Of a DNA stretch of 50,738 nucleotides, positions 10,655-23,111 are shown piece by piece. Source of the DNA: Chiloscyllium plagiosum (taxonomy: Eukaryota); the NCBI RefSeq assembly GCF_004010195.1, contig NC_057718.1:8362191-8412928 (forward strand), given 5' to 3'. The position numbers and the translations under genes were made by a program. The notes beneath the pieces are model-generated. The model saw only the letters and a program-made list of their open reading frames with translations, was not told where the DNA came from and did not search any database. Positions within the stretch are counted from its first letter, which is position 1; every line of letters starts with the position of its first letter.

Positions 10655-11144
10655 GCAGTGGGCAGATATATACTGGGGACTCCTCGAACCCGAAAACAGG
10701 CAGAACAACGGTATGCAGTTTTTACACAACCAATGGCGACCCTGGGTTCAGATGCTGCATCCCTATGCTCCTCCTGCAGATCCCCTTCATATTACCTTAT
10801 ATTATGATAGAGATGATAATGAAATTTATCAAATGCATTCTATCAGCATCTAGAAGGGACTCAATGGAAATTTCCTCCAGTTGGATTCTGCTCAGAAAAG
10901 AAGGTGTGGCGTGTGTTGTTGAATTAACTGCAGAACAGTTGGAATGGTATGAGATGTCTGAAGAAGCTATACCTCATGTCACATTGGCCATGCATGCTGA
11001 ATATCAGGCCAAGGATCTGGGACCTATGTCCAAACGCTTGATGGTGCTAGTGGACTGGGTGTGGACTCAGCTACCCGGTTTACAATATTCACCATCGGAG
11101 GAAGCCTATAGAATTATGTGCAGGACAACTGACAAGGTACTGCT
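10655..11144 (+). pseudogene. Putative 2H phosphoesterase (PDE/CNPase-like) domain within pol
   Basis: Two H-x-T-hydrophobic motifs, PLHITLYY (His 10788) and IPHVTLAM (His 10975), ~63 codons apart after correcting frameshifts; located between PR and RT. Confidence 0.65.
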
Positions 11145-11523
11145 NNNNNNNNNNNNNNNNNNNNNNNNNNNNNNNNNNNNNNNNNNNNNNNNNNNNNNNN
11201 NNNNNNNNNNNNNNNNNNNNNNNNNNNNNNNNNNNNNNNNNNNNNNNNNNNNNNNNNNNNNNNNNNNNNNNNNNNNNNNNNNNNNNNNNNNNNNNNNNNN
11301 NNNNNNNNNNNNNNNNNNNNNNNNNNNNNNNNNNNNNNNNNNNNNNNNNNNNNNNNNNNNNNNNNNNNNNNNNNNNNNNNNNNNNNNNNNNNNNNNNNNN
11401 NNNNNNNNNNNNNNNNNNNNNNNNNNNNNNNNNNNNNNNNNNNNNNNNNNNNNNNNNNNNNNNNNNNNNNNNNNNNNNNNNNNNNNNNNNNNNNNNNNNN
11501 NNNNNNNNNNNNNNNNNNNNNNN

Positions 11524-12240
11524 ATCACATTCGATTTAATAGACCACACTCTGATTTGGCAGAGACAATACTCACATAAACCAGAGGCTGAAGCCGGCAT
11601 TGCCGACACAATTGAAGGATTGTTAGCAGCAGGGGTGCTAGAACCCTACCAGTCAGCCTGGAACACTCCTATCTTACCTGTAGAGAAGCAGAATACAGGT
11701 AAATATAGGATGGCCCATGATCTTAGACGGATCAATAGTGTCGTTTCTACTCCAACAGTTCCAGTTCCAAACCCTTACACTGCGATGTCTGTGCTGACCC
11801 CTGACCATAAGTGGTTCTCGTGCATTGATCTGGCCAACGTGTTCTTCTGTTTGCCCCTAGCTGATCATCTGAGGGACATTTTTTCGTTCACCTACAAAGG
11901 CCAACAACTACATTATACAAGGGTCCCTCAAGGGTTTATTTTGTCGCCTGGGGTGTCTAATCAGGTACTGAAACAGCAGCTGAAGGATCTGACGCTCCCA
12001 AAGGGAGTGGTATTGATCCAGTATGTGGATGACATTCTTTTGGCGCACCTGATCATGTTTCTTGTTTGGCAGCCACAAAGTCGTTGCTGTTTCACCTGTA
12101 TAGTGTCGGTAAATTGCAATGCTGCAGACAAACGGTGTCTTTTCTGGGTAGAGTTATTTCTGCTAAGGGAACAGGTGTGTCTCCGTCTCATAGACCCTCC
12201 ATTCCATTCTGCATCATACCAAACCAGTCACTGTAAAAGA
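11524..12240 (+). pseudogene. pol: Reverse transcriptase (N-terminus in assembly gap, frameshift near 12046)
   Basis: WNTPILPV, YRMAHDLRRIN, WFSCIDLANVFF, PQGFILSPG, YVDD at 12022-12033. Confidence 0.95.
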
Positions 12241-12241
12241 C

Positions 12242-13249
12242 ATGCTCTCATTTCTTGGGTTGGCAGGATACAGTAGACAATTCATTGCATCATATGGGGA
12301 GCTCACTTTTCCTCTCAGGGCCATGGTAAATGAGCAAGGCATGAGAAATTTGTCGGCCCATTTGCAGTGGACTACGGAGGCAGACGAAAGTTTCATATCT
12401 CTTAAACAGGCTTTAACACGGGCTGCTGATTTAGCGGTCCCGGATTACAAAGAGCCATTTTTCCTCCTTATTTCTGAAAAATTACACACAATAAATGGTG
12501 TTCTTTTTCAGAAAAAAGGGTGAGGCAGGCAGGTGCTGATGGATGTAAGTGTGACCCTTGACCCAGTAGAGGACAGACACCCGCCATGTACAAGACATGC
12601 AGCAGGGGTAGCAAAAATTCTTCAAAAGGTAGCACATATAGTCAAGGGCCATTCACTAACAGTACTGACGACACACAGTATAGTGGCCTATGTGAACTCA
12701 ACAGCCTTTATGAACTCAACAGCCTTTACAATGACGTCACTGCGGCAAACCAGGTTAGAGAAAATCTTGAATGCAGCACATATAATTTTTACATATGAAG
12801 GAATTAACATGGCTGATAACATGGGAGAAGGAGAGCCACACGTGTGTGAGGAAAGGGTACAGAGAGATACCAAAGTTAGGGCAGATTTACAGGCAATTCC
12901 ACTAGTAGACCCAGAAGAAGTGCTGTTCACAGATGGTTGCTGTTATAGACATCCAACTGAAGGACTTAAAGCAGCCTATGTAGTGGTGCGACAGGCAAGT
13001 AAGGGATTTGAGGAAGTGTTGACAGGAAAAGTGACAGGCAAAGAATCAGCCCAGTTGGCTGAACTACAGGCAATGATAGCTGCGTTAGAATGGTCAGAGG
13101 GAAAAAGAGTAAATATCTACACCGACTCTGCATATGTGGCAGGGGCTATACAGGTAGAACTCAGTCAATGGATCAGGGCAGGATTCTTAACAGCAGCAAA
13201 AACCTCAATTAAACATGAAAAAGATATGAAAAGATTAGCGGAGGCCCTA
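12242..13249 (+). pseudogene. pol: RT thumb/tether and RNase H (C-terminally truncated)
   Basis: FLGLAGYSRQFI, LAVPDYKEPFFL, VLFTDG (12926-), SAQLAELQA, VNIYTDSAY; in-frame stop at 12521-12523. Confidence 0.9.
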
Positions 13250-13592
13250 CCCTTTGCTTTACTGTCCATTAGAAGTTCAGTAAACTCTATCACAGGGTTC
13301 ATTCCGTATGAGCAAACAACAGGGCAGCAGTTCCCGGGACCAGGAGCTGGAATACAGATCTTAGAGGGAGGAGGAGCCTCTCTAAGGTACAAACCTTACT
13401 ATGACCAACTAACAGCTCTGGTGTCAGCTTTCTCCAAACAGGTTGGATCGGAAAAGGGGTAAACTACAGACCCAGACGCCATCTACCACAGATTGGGTCC
13501 TGTTGAAAGTGATCAAACGGAAATGGTCGGAGCCAAGGTGGACAGGACCTTATAAGGTGGTGGAGACATCCCATGTGGTTAGACTGCAGGGG
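13250..13592 (+). pseudogene. pol: Integrase C-terminal remnant
   Basis: PFALLSIRSSVNSITGFIPYE (post-core helix) and DWVLLKVIKRKWSEPRWTGPYKV (GPY motif); HHCC and DDE core absent. Confidence 0.85.
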
Positions 13593-13706
13593 GTAATTAT
13601 CACAGCAATTGAAGCGAAGGCTCCCCAGCCCTCACAGATGGAGATGGAAACCATGGCTTTGGCAAGAAGGGAAGACAATGCGTCGGAGAGTGAATGTGAT
13701 GTATAG
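13593..13706 (+). pseudogene. env: Probable env cytoplasmic-tail remnant fused to integrase C-terminus
   Basis: VIITAIEAKAPQPSQM..ESECDV* directly before the PPT, at the position where env ends; resembles, from memory, the tail of fish ERV Env. Confidence 0.5.
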
Positions 13707-13736
13707 AACTGGTTGATTGGTTGGTCTCATTTTTAT

Positions 13737-13754
13737 GAGACCAAAAGGGGGACT
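13737..13754 (+). promoter_or_regulatory. Polypurine tract
   Basis: GAGACCAAAAGGGGGACT immediately before the TG of the 3' LTR. Confidence 0.85.
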
Positions 13755-14384
13755 TGTAAAAATATGGCTTACTTGTAAAATAGAAGGCTGGCTGCGAGTG
13801 TAAATGTGTTCGGCGTTCGGAAGTCTGTGGTGATGCTGTTTAATGCACGCAGAAGGGGTCACATTTCGAGCCCCGGAAGAGTGCGAGGCAGTCACGTAAC
13901 GTTCCGTTTCGCGCCCTGGAAGAGTGAGAGGAGGTCACGTGATGCTCCGTTTCGCGCCCTGGAAGAGTGCGAGGAGGTCACGTGATGCTCCGTTTCGCGG
14001 GTGAGGAGATCACATGATGCTCCGTTTCGCGGGCAAAAGAATGTCACGTGGGGTTGGACATCCGGGAATGCGAGGAGGCGGAGAATGGAGTCAGATCAAC
14101 AGCCAAGCAGAAGATAATTCCACCTCAGTGATTGTATGACATTTTTTATGGTATAAAAGACTGGCTCAGGGACAGGAATACGTCTTACTTTTTGAACTGG
14201 CACACTTTGTAGTTTGTCAGGGACAAAAAGGTTTAGAACCAGAGCTCTGAATGCTTTAACAATTTACTGTTTAAAATAAATTGAGAGTGCGAGACCGAAT
14301 ATCATCTCCTATTGCTTCATTTAAAAGAACACGCAGGACTTGGCTCACACATAGAAGAAACTAAGATTGAGCCAAAGTCCGACA
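13755..14384 (+). repeat. 3' LTR (630 bp)
   Basis: TGTAAAAATAT..GTCCGACA followed by GATG; TATAAAA 14152-14158; AATAAA 14275-14280. Confidence 0.95.
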
Positions 14385-16279
14385 GATGTTAAAGTGAGGT
14401 TCCCCTCTGGTAGTTCTAGTGGGAATAAAAATAATTCTACAGCATTATTCATGGAAGTTCTGTCCAACATATGTCCATATGATTAGACAGAAAAGAGACT
14501 GGACAATCCATTCAGTCCATTCTTGCTACACTGCAAACAAGGAATATGGCCTCCGACTACTCTAGAGCCACCAGCAGCTATCCCATTACCCGTGAGGTAA
14601 AAAGCACTTAAGGAGAGCGAGCCTCATTCAGGAAGAGAGAATACTGGAAAAGTATGCTGTGGGTCAACTTCTCACCTACCTTTTGTACAGTGTGATGTCA
14701 GCAGGTTCCTGGTACAAGCTGCTCTCTTTTGACTGCTTTGAAACAAATCCATAGCATCAGCCAGCAGCCTATTACTAAAATCAGCGAACTGAGAATTCAT
14801 AAAAACCTCCCAATGTCTAACCTATGTACGCCAACTTGTTCACCGCAACTGATTCGCTTCAAATACTTCATGTGTACATGTGTGGGGAGATGGTGACTAA
14901 AGGCAATGTCACTGGCCTAGTAATCCAGAAGCTCTGCATATGTGGGTTTATATCCAACAATGGCAGTTGGAGGAATTTTAATTCATTGGGTAAAATCTTG
15001 AATTGAAAGCTAGTCTCAGCCACGGTGATCATGAAACAATAACAGATTGTTGTGAAAACGTAACTGAATTCACTTACTGTTCTTCAGGAAGAGAAACCTG
15101 CCATCTTTACTCATCTTGGCCTACATGTCATTCCAGATTCACAGCAATAATGTTTTACTGGTCTCTGAAATGGCTGAGGAAAGCCACTCAGTCTAAGGGC
15201 AATGAGGGATTGGCACCTACATCTCATTAAAGAGCACTTTAAAAAAAAGTTACTTTAAATATTCAAAACAAATTGCTATGAAATCTATATAACTTGTATT
15301 ACTCTATGACTCTAACTTCCTGAATCTATTGTAATTGCTGAGGATGTTTAGGTCAAGCAATGATTTGGAGACTCTCTAAAGTTCTGAAGGTTTCCATATC
15401 ACTCAATCTGAGTAACCCAGAACAGGGGACACTGTCCGAGATGGGGCCCAATCAAAATCTTGTACAGGGACAGGAGTGTTCCTTGTTCCGTCTTGCCCTA
15501 AGTCATCTAATAACCAACACGTTGGCCTCTCAGAATTGGCTTTGGATCTTTCGAGACTTGAACACTGTGACACCAGGGCATCTTTCCCTCTCAACTGAAT
15601 TCAACTTAGAGTTCGACATATTGTTCTATACTTGCTATTAGTGTGATCACAATGTTGCATACTATGCTTATCATTTAACAGTAATTGCTGTTACTCATTT
15701 ACTCAATGCAATTTGATCAGATTTCAACATAACTATAAACTTGCTGACCAAACAAAATCCTTCAATCCAAATCACTGATGCCTTTGGTGAGGAGTAACAG
15801 TCCTAATACTGATCTCTGCATGAATATACAGTTCCACCATTAAATGGCAGTGCTCTGTCCCTGAAAGAACACCAGCTGTGTGCAAAGGTTGTCTACATAT
15901 CAACTGTGGCTACATTTCAAAAGTAGTTTGTAGGCTGTGGGTAACACTGTGCTACTTCCTGAACAATGAAAGGTACAAGTATTTTTTTTCTGCTTGTGTC
16001 TCTATCACCTATAGTCAGTGTGCAGGCTATCAGGTGCTCCAGATGTGTTTACCTGCCCATCAAGGCACTTTCAGGCCACTGTGGACCAACGGTTAAGAGT
16101 TGACAAGTTGATCTATGTACAGTAGCTCACACATGACAACTGGAATCATGTCCATACCATGTGCACATTATGATTGAGCATAAAGTTTGGCAAAAAACAG
16201 CAATGTGAAATGATGGGGGAAGCTAGTGCTGACTTGGTGAGATGGCTGGCATCGGTTTCTTGTAGAGGACAACACACTA

Positions 16280-16477
16280 CAGGTCATTCTGTTATAACAC
16301 GATTGACAAATTGTGGACATTGTGTGGATAATACAAACTTTCTACTGAACGGGTGTAGCGATTTTCTTATTAGCGATCTTCTACAGTGCAATTTTCTATA
16401 GCAGTTTTCATAGCGCAATTTTCTATAGCACAAGATCACAGACGAATACAACTGTCACGTTATAGCAGAACAACCTG
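16280..16477. mobile_element. Tc1/mariner-type MITE
   Basis: TIRs CAGGTCATTCTGTTATAAC.. and ..GTTATAGCAGAACAACCTG, flanked by TA on both sides; related copy at 23112-24391. Confidence 0.8.
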
Positions 16478-17707
16478 TAGTTGCAACAACACAGTTTCTG
16501 TTCTGAAGCAGGAATGAATTGCAACCTTGAAAAGATACCACAGCTAGCATTAGCCCATAAACAATAAATACAGGTGGAAACCGTGTGGGTGAGTTTCTAT
16601 TTTCAGCCACTGCTGAACATCAAAACAGACAGCTATAGATAGCAAGCTCCTGGGAATGAATCACACCATTTAAACTGTTTGGAGTGCTCGAATGAGCCAC
16701 AATAATATTGGTTATATTTAACTTTGTACTATAGAGTAATTGCACAATTGGGACATCCAATAGCATTGTAATATCCTTTTAAGTGTTGAGATCAGATTTC
16801 TGTTCTTAATCCAGATAGTTGATTCACCTGCCAACAAGTTAGAGGCTAGGTTATGGGATGGGGAGGTGATGACCTCCAAATGGTGTAAGCACATTTACAG
16901 GTCAAACACACTCTCTGCATACAAACACAACAGGTAGATTCACAGGCACTCAAAACGAGAACACACTCACTCACAGGAAGACAGGTGTGTTAACAGTTCC
17001 CTTGCTTTATAGTAGCAGAAAAGAACTGGAGGCAGATATTGATAGCTAAGTAAAGTGCAGATGAGATGGAGGTAGTAATGTTCTGAATGAGAAAGGTATG
17101 GAAACATGAGCAGATAATTCTTGTTGGGGTGCACAAACAGATGGAAGGAAAAGCGCATTGTTTTAAAATTGGTATTAATCACGCTTAGGAGGGTAAGTAG
17201 TGCAATGGGAATGTCATTATACTAATAATCAAGAGATCAATGTTAATATCCTGAGCCCAAATGCCACAACAGCAGTTAATGGAAATTAAATTTAATAAAA
17301 TAAATAAGCAATGGTGTTTATTGATTGTTGTAAAAACACATCTGGTTCACGAAAGGCTCTTAGGGAAGGAAATCGGTCATCCGTACCTAGTCTGGCCTTC
17401 AAAGTCTACAGACCAAAGCAATGTACTTAATGCTAAACTGCCCTTTGAAATGTGGTTCAGTTCAAGGGCGATGAAGAACAGGCAATAAATACTAACCTTA
17501 CCAGTGACACCAATATCCCAGAGGAAAATTATTATTCACCCTGGATTCCAATACGAGAACTGAAAGTTTTTTTTTGCTAAGCTTGGGCTTTCAATGATGG
17601 AAAAGTCTTCTTAGCAGCAGTTGACATGAACTGGGGGAAAAACACAAGTAAAGTTGGAGCAATCCCAAGGAGCAGCCTTCATTTGGAACCTGATCCATTG
17701 TATTGCA

Positions 17708-19012
17708 GTTGCTGATCGGTTCATCGAGCTGGTTGATTTTCTTGCCTCCCTCCTGGGTGACATCTTCAGTGCTGGGTAGCCTCTGGATGAAGTGTTACTG
17801 TTGCCATCTGCCCCGAATTTACACAGTTCTGTCTGTTGTGGCGGGTGGATCTATTTCCGGTTTTGTACTGCCGTGTCTATTTCAGCGTGTTTGTTTATGG
17901 AGCCAGCAGATGAATACCAGGCCTCCAGGAATTCCCAAACTTGGCTTTGCTTAGCCAGGAGAAAGTGAGGTCTGCAGATGCTGGAGATCAGAGCTGAAAA
18001 TGTGTTGCTGGTAAAGCGCAGCAGGTCAGGCAGCATCCAAGGAGCAGGAGAATCGACGTTTCGGGCATAAGCCTGAGCCCAGATTCCTGATGAAGGGCTT
18101 ATGCCCGAAACGTCGATTCTCCTGTTCCTTGGATGCTGCCTGACCTGCTGTGATTTACCAGCAACACATTTTCAGCTTTGCTTAGCCAGTCCCAGTATTG
18201 TAACGCTGTCCTGGCTGAATTGGTGTCCTTTATTGTCAGTGTGTATTGATATGAGGGAGGACTGGTTGTGTCGTTCTGTTGCAAGAAACACTATACAAAG
18301 TCTTTGCCAATAGTGGGTACCCTATCAGCATCATCCGCCAATGCCTGGTATACAAACAACACCAGCTGTGCTCCCCCAGCACAGTGACCACCCTACCCTA
18401 CATTAGAAACATTTCAGAACTATTGCTGAAACTTCTATGTTCTATGTCCTCTGGGAATAATGACAGCCACACTTTGCCAGCTACTATCCAAAACAAAAGA
18501 CCCATATCCACAACATCCAGGGCGAATGTGATATATAAAACACCACGCAGCAACGGTGAGAAGCATTACATCTGAAAAACGGGAAGGAAACTCGCCACCA
18601 GAATACACAAGCAACAAAATGAGACGACCAGTCCTCCCTCATATCAATACACACTGACAATGAAGGACACCAATTCAACTGGGACAATGTTACCATATTG
18701 GGACAGCCTAAATAAAGACAAGCTCAGGTATTCCTGGAGGCCTGGTATTCATCCACTGGTTCCATAAACAAACACGCTGAAATAGACACCAGTGACAGAC
18801 CACTACAGTACAAAACCGGAAATGGATCCACCCGCCACAATAGACAGAACTGTGTAAATTTGGGACAGATTACAATGACAGCGCTTCATCCAGAGGCTAC
18901 CCAACACTGAAGATGTCACCCAGAAGGGAGATGAAACGCTCATAGAAAAATCAACCAGCTCGACGAACTGACCAACAACTTCAACCACAACCTGAGCTAC
19001 AGAATCTTCACT
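17708..19012 (+). mobile_element. Penelope-like element (GIY-YIG remnant) with an inverted copy of its 3' end at the left
   Basis: TTLPYIRNISE, NVIYK..HYI.KTGRKLATRI at 18385-18610; 17708-17958 plus 18190-18282 is the reverse complement of 18612-18980. Confidence 0.8.
17959..18176. mobile_element. Hairpin Penelope-tail insertion with hammerhead core, 15-bp TSD
   Basis: TSD GCTTTGCTTAGCCAG at 17944-17958 and 18175-18189; inverted arms; CTGATGAAGGGCTTATGCCCGAAACGTC at 18087-18114. Confidence 0.8.
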
Positions 19013-19016
19013 AAAT

Positions 19017-19350
19017 ACATGGTGGCACTGCTGCTTCACAGCATCAGGGAGTTGGGTTCAGTTCCAGTGTCAGGTGACTGTCTGTGTGGAGTTTTCACAT
19101 CCTTCCTGTGTCTGCATGGGTTTCCTCCAGTGGCTCTGATTTCCTCCCACAATCCAACCATGTACAAGTTAGGTGGACTGGCCATGCTGAATTGCCCATA
19201 GTGACCAGGGATGTGTATCTTAAGTGGATTAGTCATGGGAAATACAGAGTAGCAGGGATGGAGTAGGAGGGGAATGGGAAAGGGGATGGGTGGGCCACGC
19301 TGTGGAGGGGTAATGTGCACTCAATGAGCTGACTGGCCTGTAGGGATCCT
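19017..19350 (+). mobile_element. HE1-type V-SINE (diverged)
   Basis: tRNA-like head and central TGTGTGGAGTTT.CACAT..CTGCATGGGTTTCCTCC domain. Confidence 0.8.
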
Positions 19351-20699
19351 ATGCTATTCCAGTTTATTTTTCTCAGTCTCGACAGTCCATTGATACACAT
19401 TAATCATGGCAACGTCACGCTGTAGGGCCTTGGAGGTTCTTCAATCGTCAGACATCTATTATTAGAATCAGTTTTCTGGAATATCAGAGTCAGAGAAGGC
19501 AAATATGATGAAATCAGGTACCACATATAGAATGGTTGCTCCTTGGGGGAGGTTGTTTGTAAGGACCACATGCTTTCATTGCCTTTCCTTCTGGTATGTA
19601 TAAAAGGAAGGTACTATTTTAAACTGAGGAGATGTGCAAAGAAATGGCTGCAATGTTTAGTGGAGCATATGGAGTGTTTTATACAATTAGCATTTTCCTG
19701 GAGTAGCAAGAGCAAAAGCAGACACAATGGAGCCATTGGGTTCTGAATTAAGATTTTGACTGGCCCTAGACCATGGCTTGTGCAGGGCTAGTGCAGCATG
19801 GCTTTCAAAGCAAAAGCATCAAAACATTTGTCTCGCTCTTTCCTGAACAGAGGTACGAGAAAGTCTCCAGTAATAGCTAGCTCACTTCTACTTGCTTTTC
19901 TCTGCAAATCCTCTATTAAAACAATGTGTTTAATTCAATGAAAAGACAAATTCTCAACCAATTAGTGAAAGACTGAACATGGATGTGCAGACAAGTATGT
20001 GTCAATATCATAGAATTGAAAGAAAGAGAAAGAAAACAACTCATTGCGTCTGTGGTCCAGCCTGTGCTGTCAAACTGTTCCCCTGACATTTTTTGTCCAT
20101 CTTTAATATGCATATCTTGCCTATCTTTGTTTGTCCATTTGTATGGCAGAGAGAGATAAGAAGAGGCAGAGTTTAACATAAGTCAGCATTTCATATTTCC
20201 TAATTTCCATTGGTTAAAGACAATTGCTCATAATAAAGGTATTTTTATGAAGTAGAATGTTTCCTATTAACCTGAGCTGATCAAGTGATTTCGGATTTTG
20301 AATAGTTGAACTAAAGGGGCTTGATTTCCAGCCTATTACAATGACAAATGGTAGAGTTCCAATTCACAAAGACAACAACAAAAATAAAGCACTAACAAAT
20401 GTTTACACATCACCTTTATTGCCCTGAGGAAATCCTAAAATGCTTTACAGGTGGCGAAATGTTCTTGAAATGAAACCACATTGTGAAAGCAAATGTTGCC
20501 ACAGTTGGAGAAGAGATTAACCTGAGGGTCATCACATCTCAGGCGATGGCAGAGGTTAAAAAGGCAGTGCCTTCACACAGCCCTCAGGGAGTATAGGAAT
20601 TGAACTCTCACTGTTAGCATCATTCTGCATTCGCAAACCAATCATCCAGCCAACTGAGTGAACCAATCACCACGTAGCCAATATGTGCACAATCTTCCA

Positions 20700-21018
20700 C
20701 TAGATTAGATTAGATTCCCTAAGGTGTGGAAGCATGCCCTTCGACCAAACAAGTCCACAATGACCCTCCGAAGAGTAACCCACCCAGACCTATTCCCCCT
20801 ACTCATGCACCTATCACTATGGGCAATTTAACTTGGGCCAATCCACCTAACCTGCACATCTTTGGATTGTGGGAGGAAACCAGAGCACCCAGAGGAAACG
20901 CATGCAGACACCAGGAGAATGTGCAAACTCTACACAGACAGTTGCCCGAGGCGGGAATTGAACCCGGGTCCCTGGCGCGGCAAGGCAGCAGTGCTAACCA
21001 CTGAGCCACCGTGCTGCC
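20700..21018 (-). mobile_element. HE1-type V-SINE
   Basis: Full head (GGCAGCACGGTGGCTCAGTGGTTAGCACTGC), V domain and (AATCT)n tail. Confidence 0.9.
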
Positions 21019-23111
21019 CTTAAGGTGCAGAATTTGTTTTATATGATGCTGGCGGTTGTTGAATACATAATGGCCATAAAACAAGATAGTCCCCTCTACT
21101 GTTATTAAAATCCATGAGCTCTTTTACGTTCATCCAAAAGGACTAAAACTAAACATTTCATACTACCTTGGCACCAATGGCATCATAGAATTCCCTCCTC
21201 CAGCACCAAGGATACTCAGCAAGTAGTCCTAGATTGGGGCTTAAACCAATGACCATATACCAAGTCTGAGCCCTAAATGGAGATTGATGGATAAGCTGGC
21301 ACTAATCCCTGCCAAAGCTTCTCATAAATCACAAAACCAATATCACACCACTGCTCAGAAATCACACCAATTTATTATCTTCACCTCAAAAGCTATGCAG
21401 TCATAAGCTTCTTTCATAGCTGGGAATTGATGTTATCAGTATCTAACCCTGGTGACTTTCCTGAAGGAGGAACATCTTTGCAGGAAGATTATGATGGCAC
21501 AACTACCCCAAGAATTAGCAGTAGTGATGCCGATAAGGCAACTAACACTTTAGAGCAAACTGCAGTGATTATAGAAGTTTATAGTCTGCTCTCTTTTTGA
21601 GTAGTGCATGTAATTTAAAGAAATAGTAATGCTCACATTTTCATTACGCCTCATGTGAAAAGGTTTTTACTTTCCCAGATCAGTTACAGTAAGTTAGTTT
21701 GATCTTGTAAAACCCATAATTTAATGTCACAAAGTGCCTTTAAGAGTCCAAGAGAATCAATGTGCAGCTGTACGAAGTCACATTGACTGACTCAAATCAC
21801 AGCAAGAATAAAATTTAACGTGATTCATTATTACCACATGTATCTAAACAGTGAAACATTTTGTTTTGCGTGTAGTACAGGCAGATCATACCATACGAAG
21901 TCCATTCGGGTAATAGAACAGAGCGAGGAATACAATGTTATGACTGCAGAGAAAGTGCACAAACAGCAAGGTCAACATTTCAATTTGAAACTTGAAAGGC
22001 TCATTAAGAAGTCTAATCACAGCAGAGAAGAAGCTGCTCTTGAATGTGTTAGTATGTGTTTAAGCTTTTGTATCTTCTGCTTGATGGAAGAGGTTGGGTG
22101 ATATTATAACCGGGATGGCAAGGGTCTTTGATGATGTTGGCTGCCTTCCCGAGGCAGCGAGAAGTGTAGATGCAGCCAATGGATGGAAGATTGGTGTGCA
22201 TGATTGACTGGGTTGTGTTAACAACTCGGCAGTTTCTTATGGTACTGGGTAGTGCAGTTCCCGTACCAAGCTCTGATGCATTTGAATAGAATGCTTTCTA
22301 TGGTGCATCTTTAAAAATTATTAAGAGTCTCTTCAGACATGCCCAAATTTCCTTAGCCTCCTAAGGAAGCAGAGGCAATGTTTAAATAGTTTAAACAGCT
22401 AAATTGAAAATTATTCTGTCAACATTAAACACAGCATGATCTTCGATGAGTCTAATTTGAGGCTAATGAAGTAGTAGGATGCATTGGCATCAATTTTCCA
22501 CAGGTCCCTAAATTCAGGAATATTTCCATCAGACTAGAAAGTAGCAAATCTAACCCCTCTATTCAAGGAGGGAGAGAGGCAGTGAACAGGAAACCACAAG
22601 CCTGGTAGCTTGAAGCCTGATATGGTAAGGAGTTAAGAGATCAAACATTAAAGAGATTACAGCTGTGCACTTGGAAAACAAAATAATTTGGAAGAATCAA
22701 CATGCTTTGTTGAAAGGGGAAACATTTTTAACAAATTTATTAGACTATGAAGGAATAGCATGTGCTTTGACAAAAGGGAAGCCTGTAAACATACTGCACT
22801 TGCATTTCCAGAAGGTATTTGAAAAGGTGCCACATCAAAACTTATTGCAAAAAACAAAAGTTCCTGGTGTAAGGGTAAAATATTCGCATGGCTAGAAGAT
22901 TGGCTTGCTAGCAGCAAATGGAAAGTACACGTAAATGAGCCTTTGGCAGGCAAAATATGACAAATGGAACCCCACAGGATTGTCCTGGGCCCTCAAACTG
23001 TTTACAATTTACCTTGACTTGCATGACAGAAGTAAAAGCATGGTAGCTAAATTGAAGGATGATACATAGTTGTTATATAAAGTTATTATAGTTATTATAT
23101 AAAGTTGCAGA

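Larger units (their letters stand above)
7068..14384 (+). mobile_element. Defective endogenous retrovirus (fish epsilon/ZFERV-SSSV-like lineage), full-bounded provirus
   Basis: Two LTRs (TG..CA), GATG TSD at 7064-7067 and 14385-14388, PBS, PPT, gag-PR-RT-tether-RNaseH-IN order. The dual RNase H (tether plus RH) layout is typical of retroviruses. Lineage assignment is inference. Confidence 0.95.

Noticed and set aside
10765..12276. 503-aa intact pol ORF
   Set aside because: Spans a 379-nt N gap and has frameshifted ends; not evidence of an intact gene.
7068..14384. Classification as Ty3/Gypsy retrotransposon
   Set aside because: Tether plus second RNase H, late domains, readthrough junction and probable env tail indicate a retrovirus.
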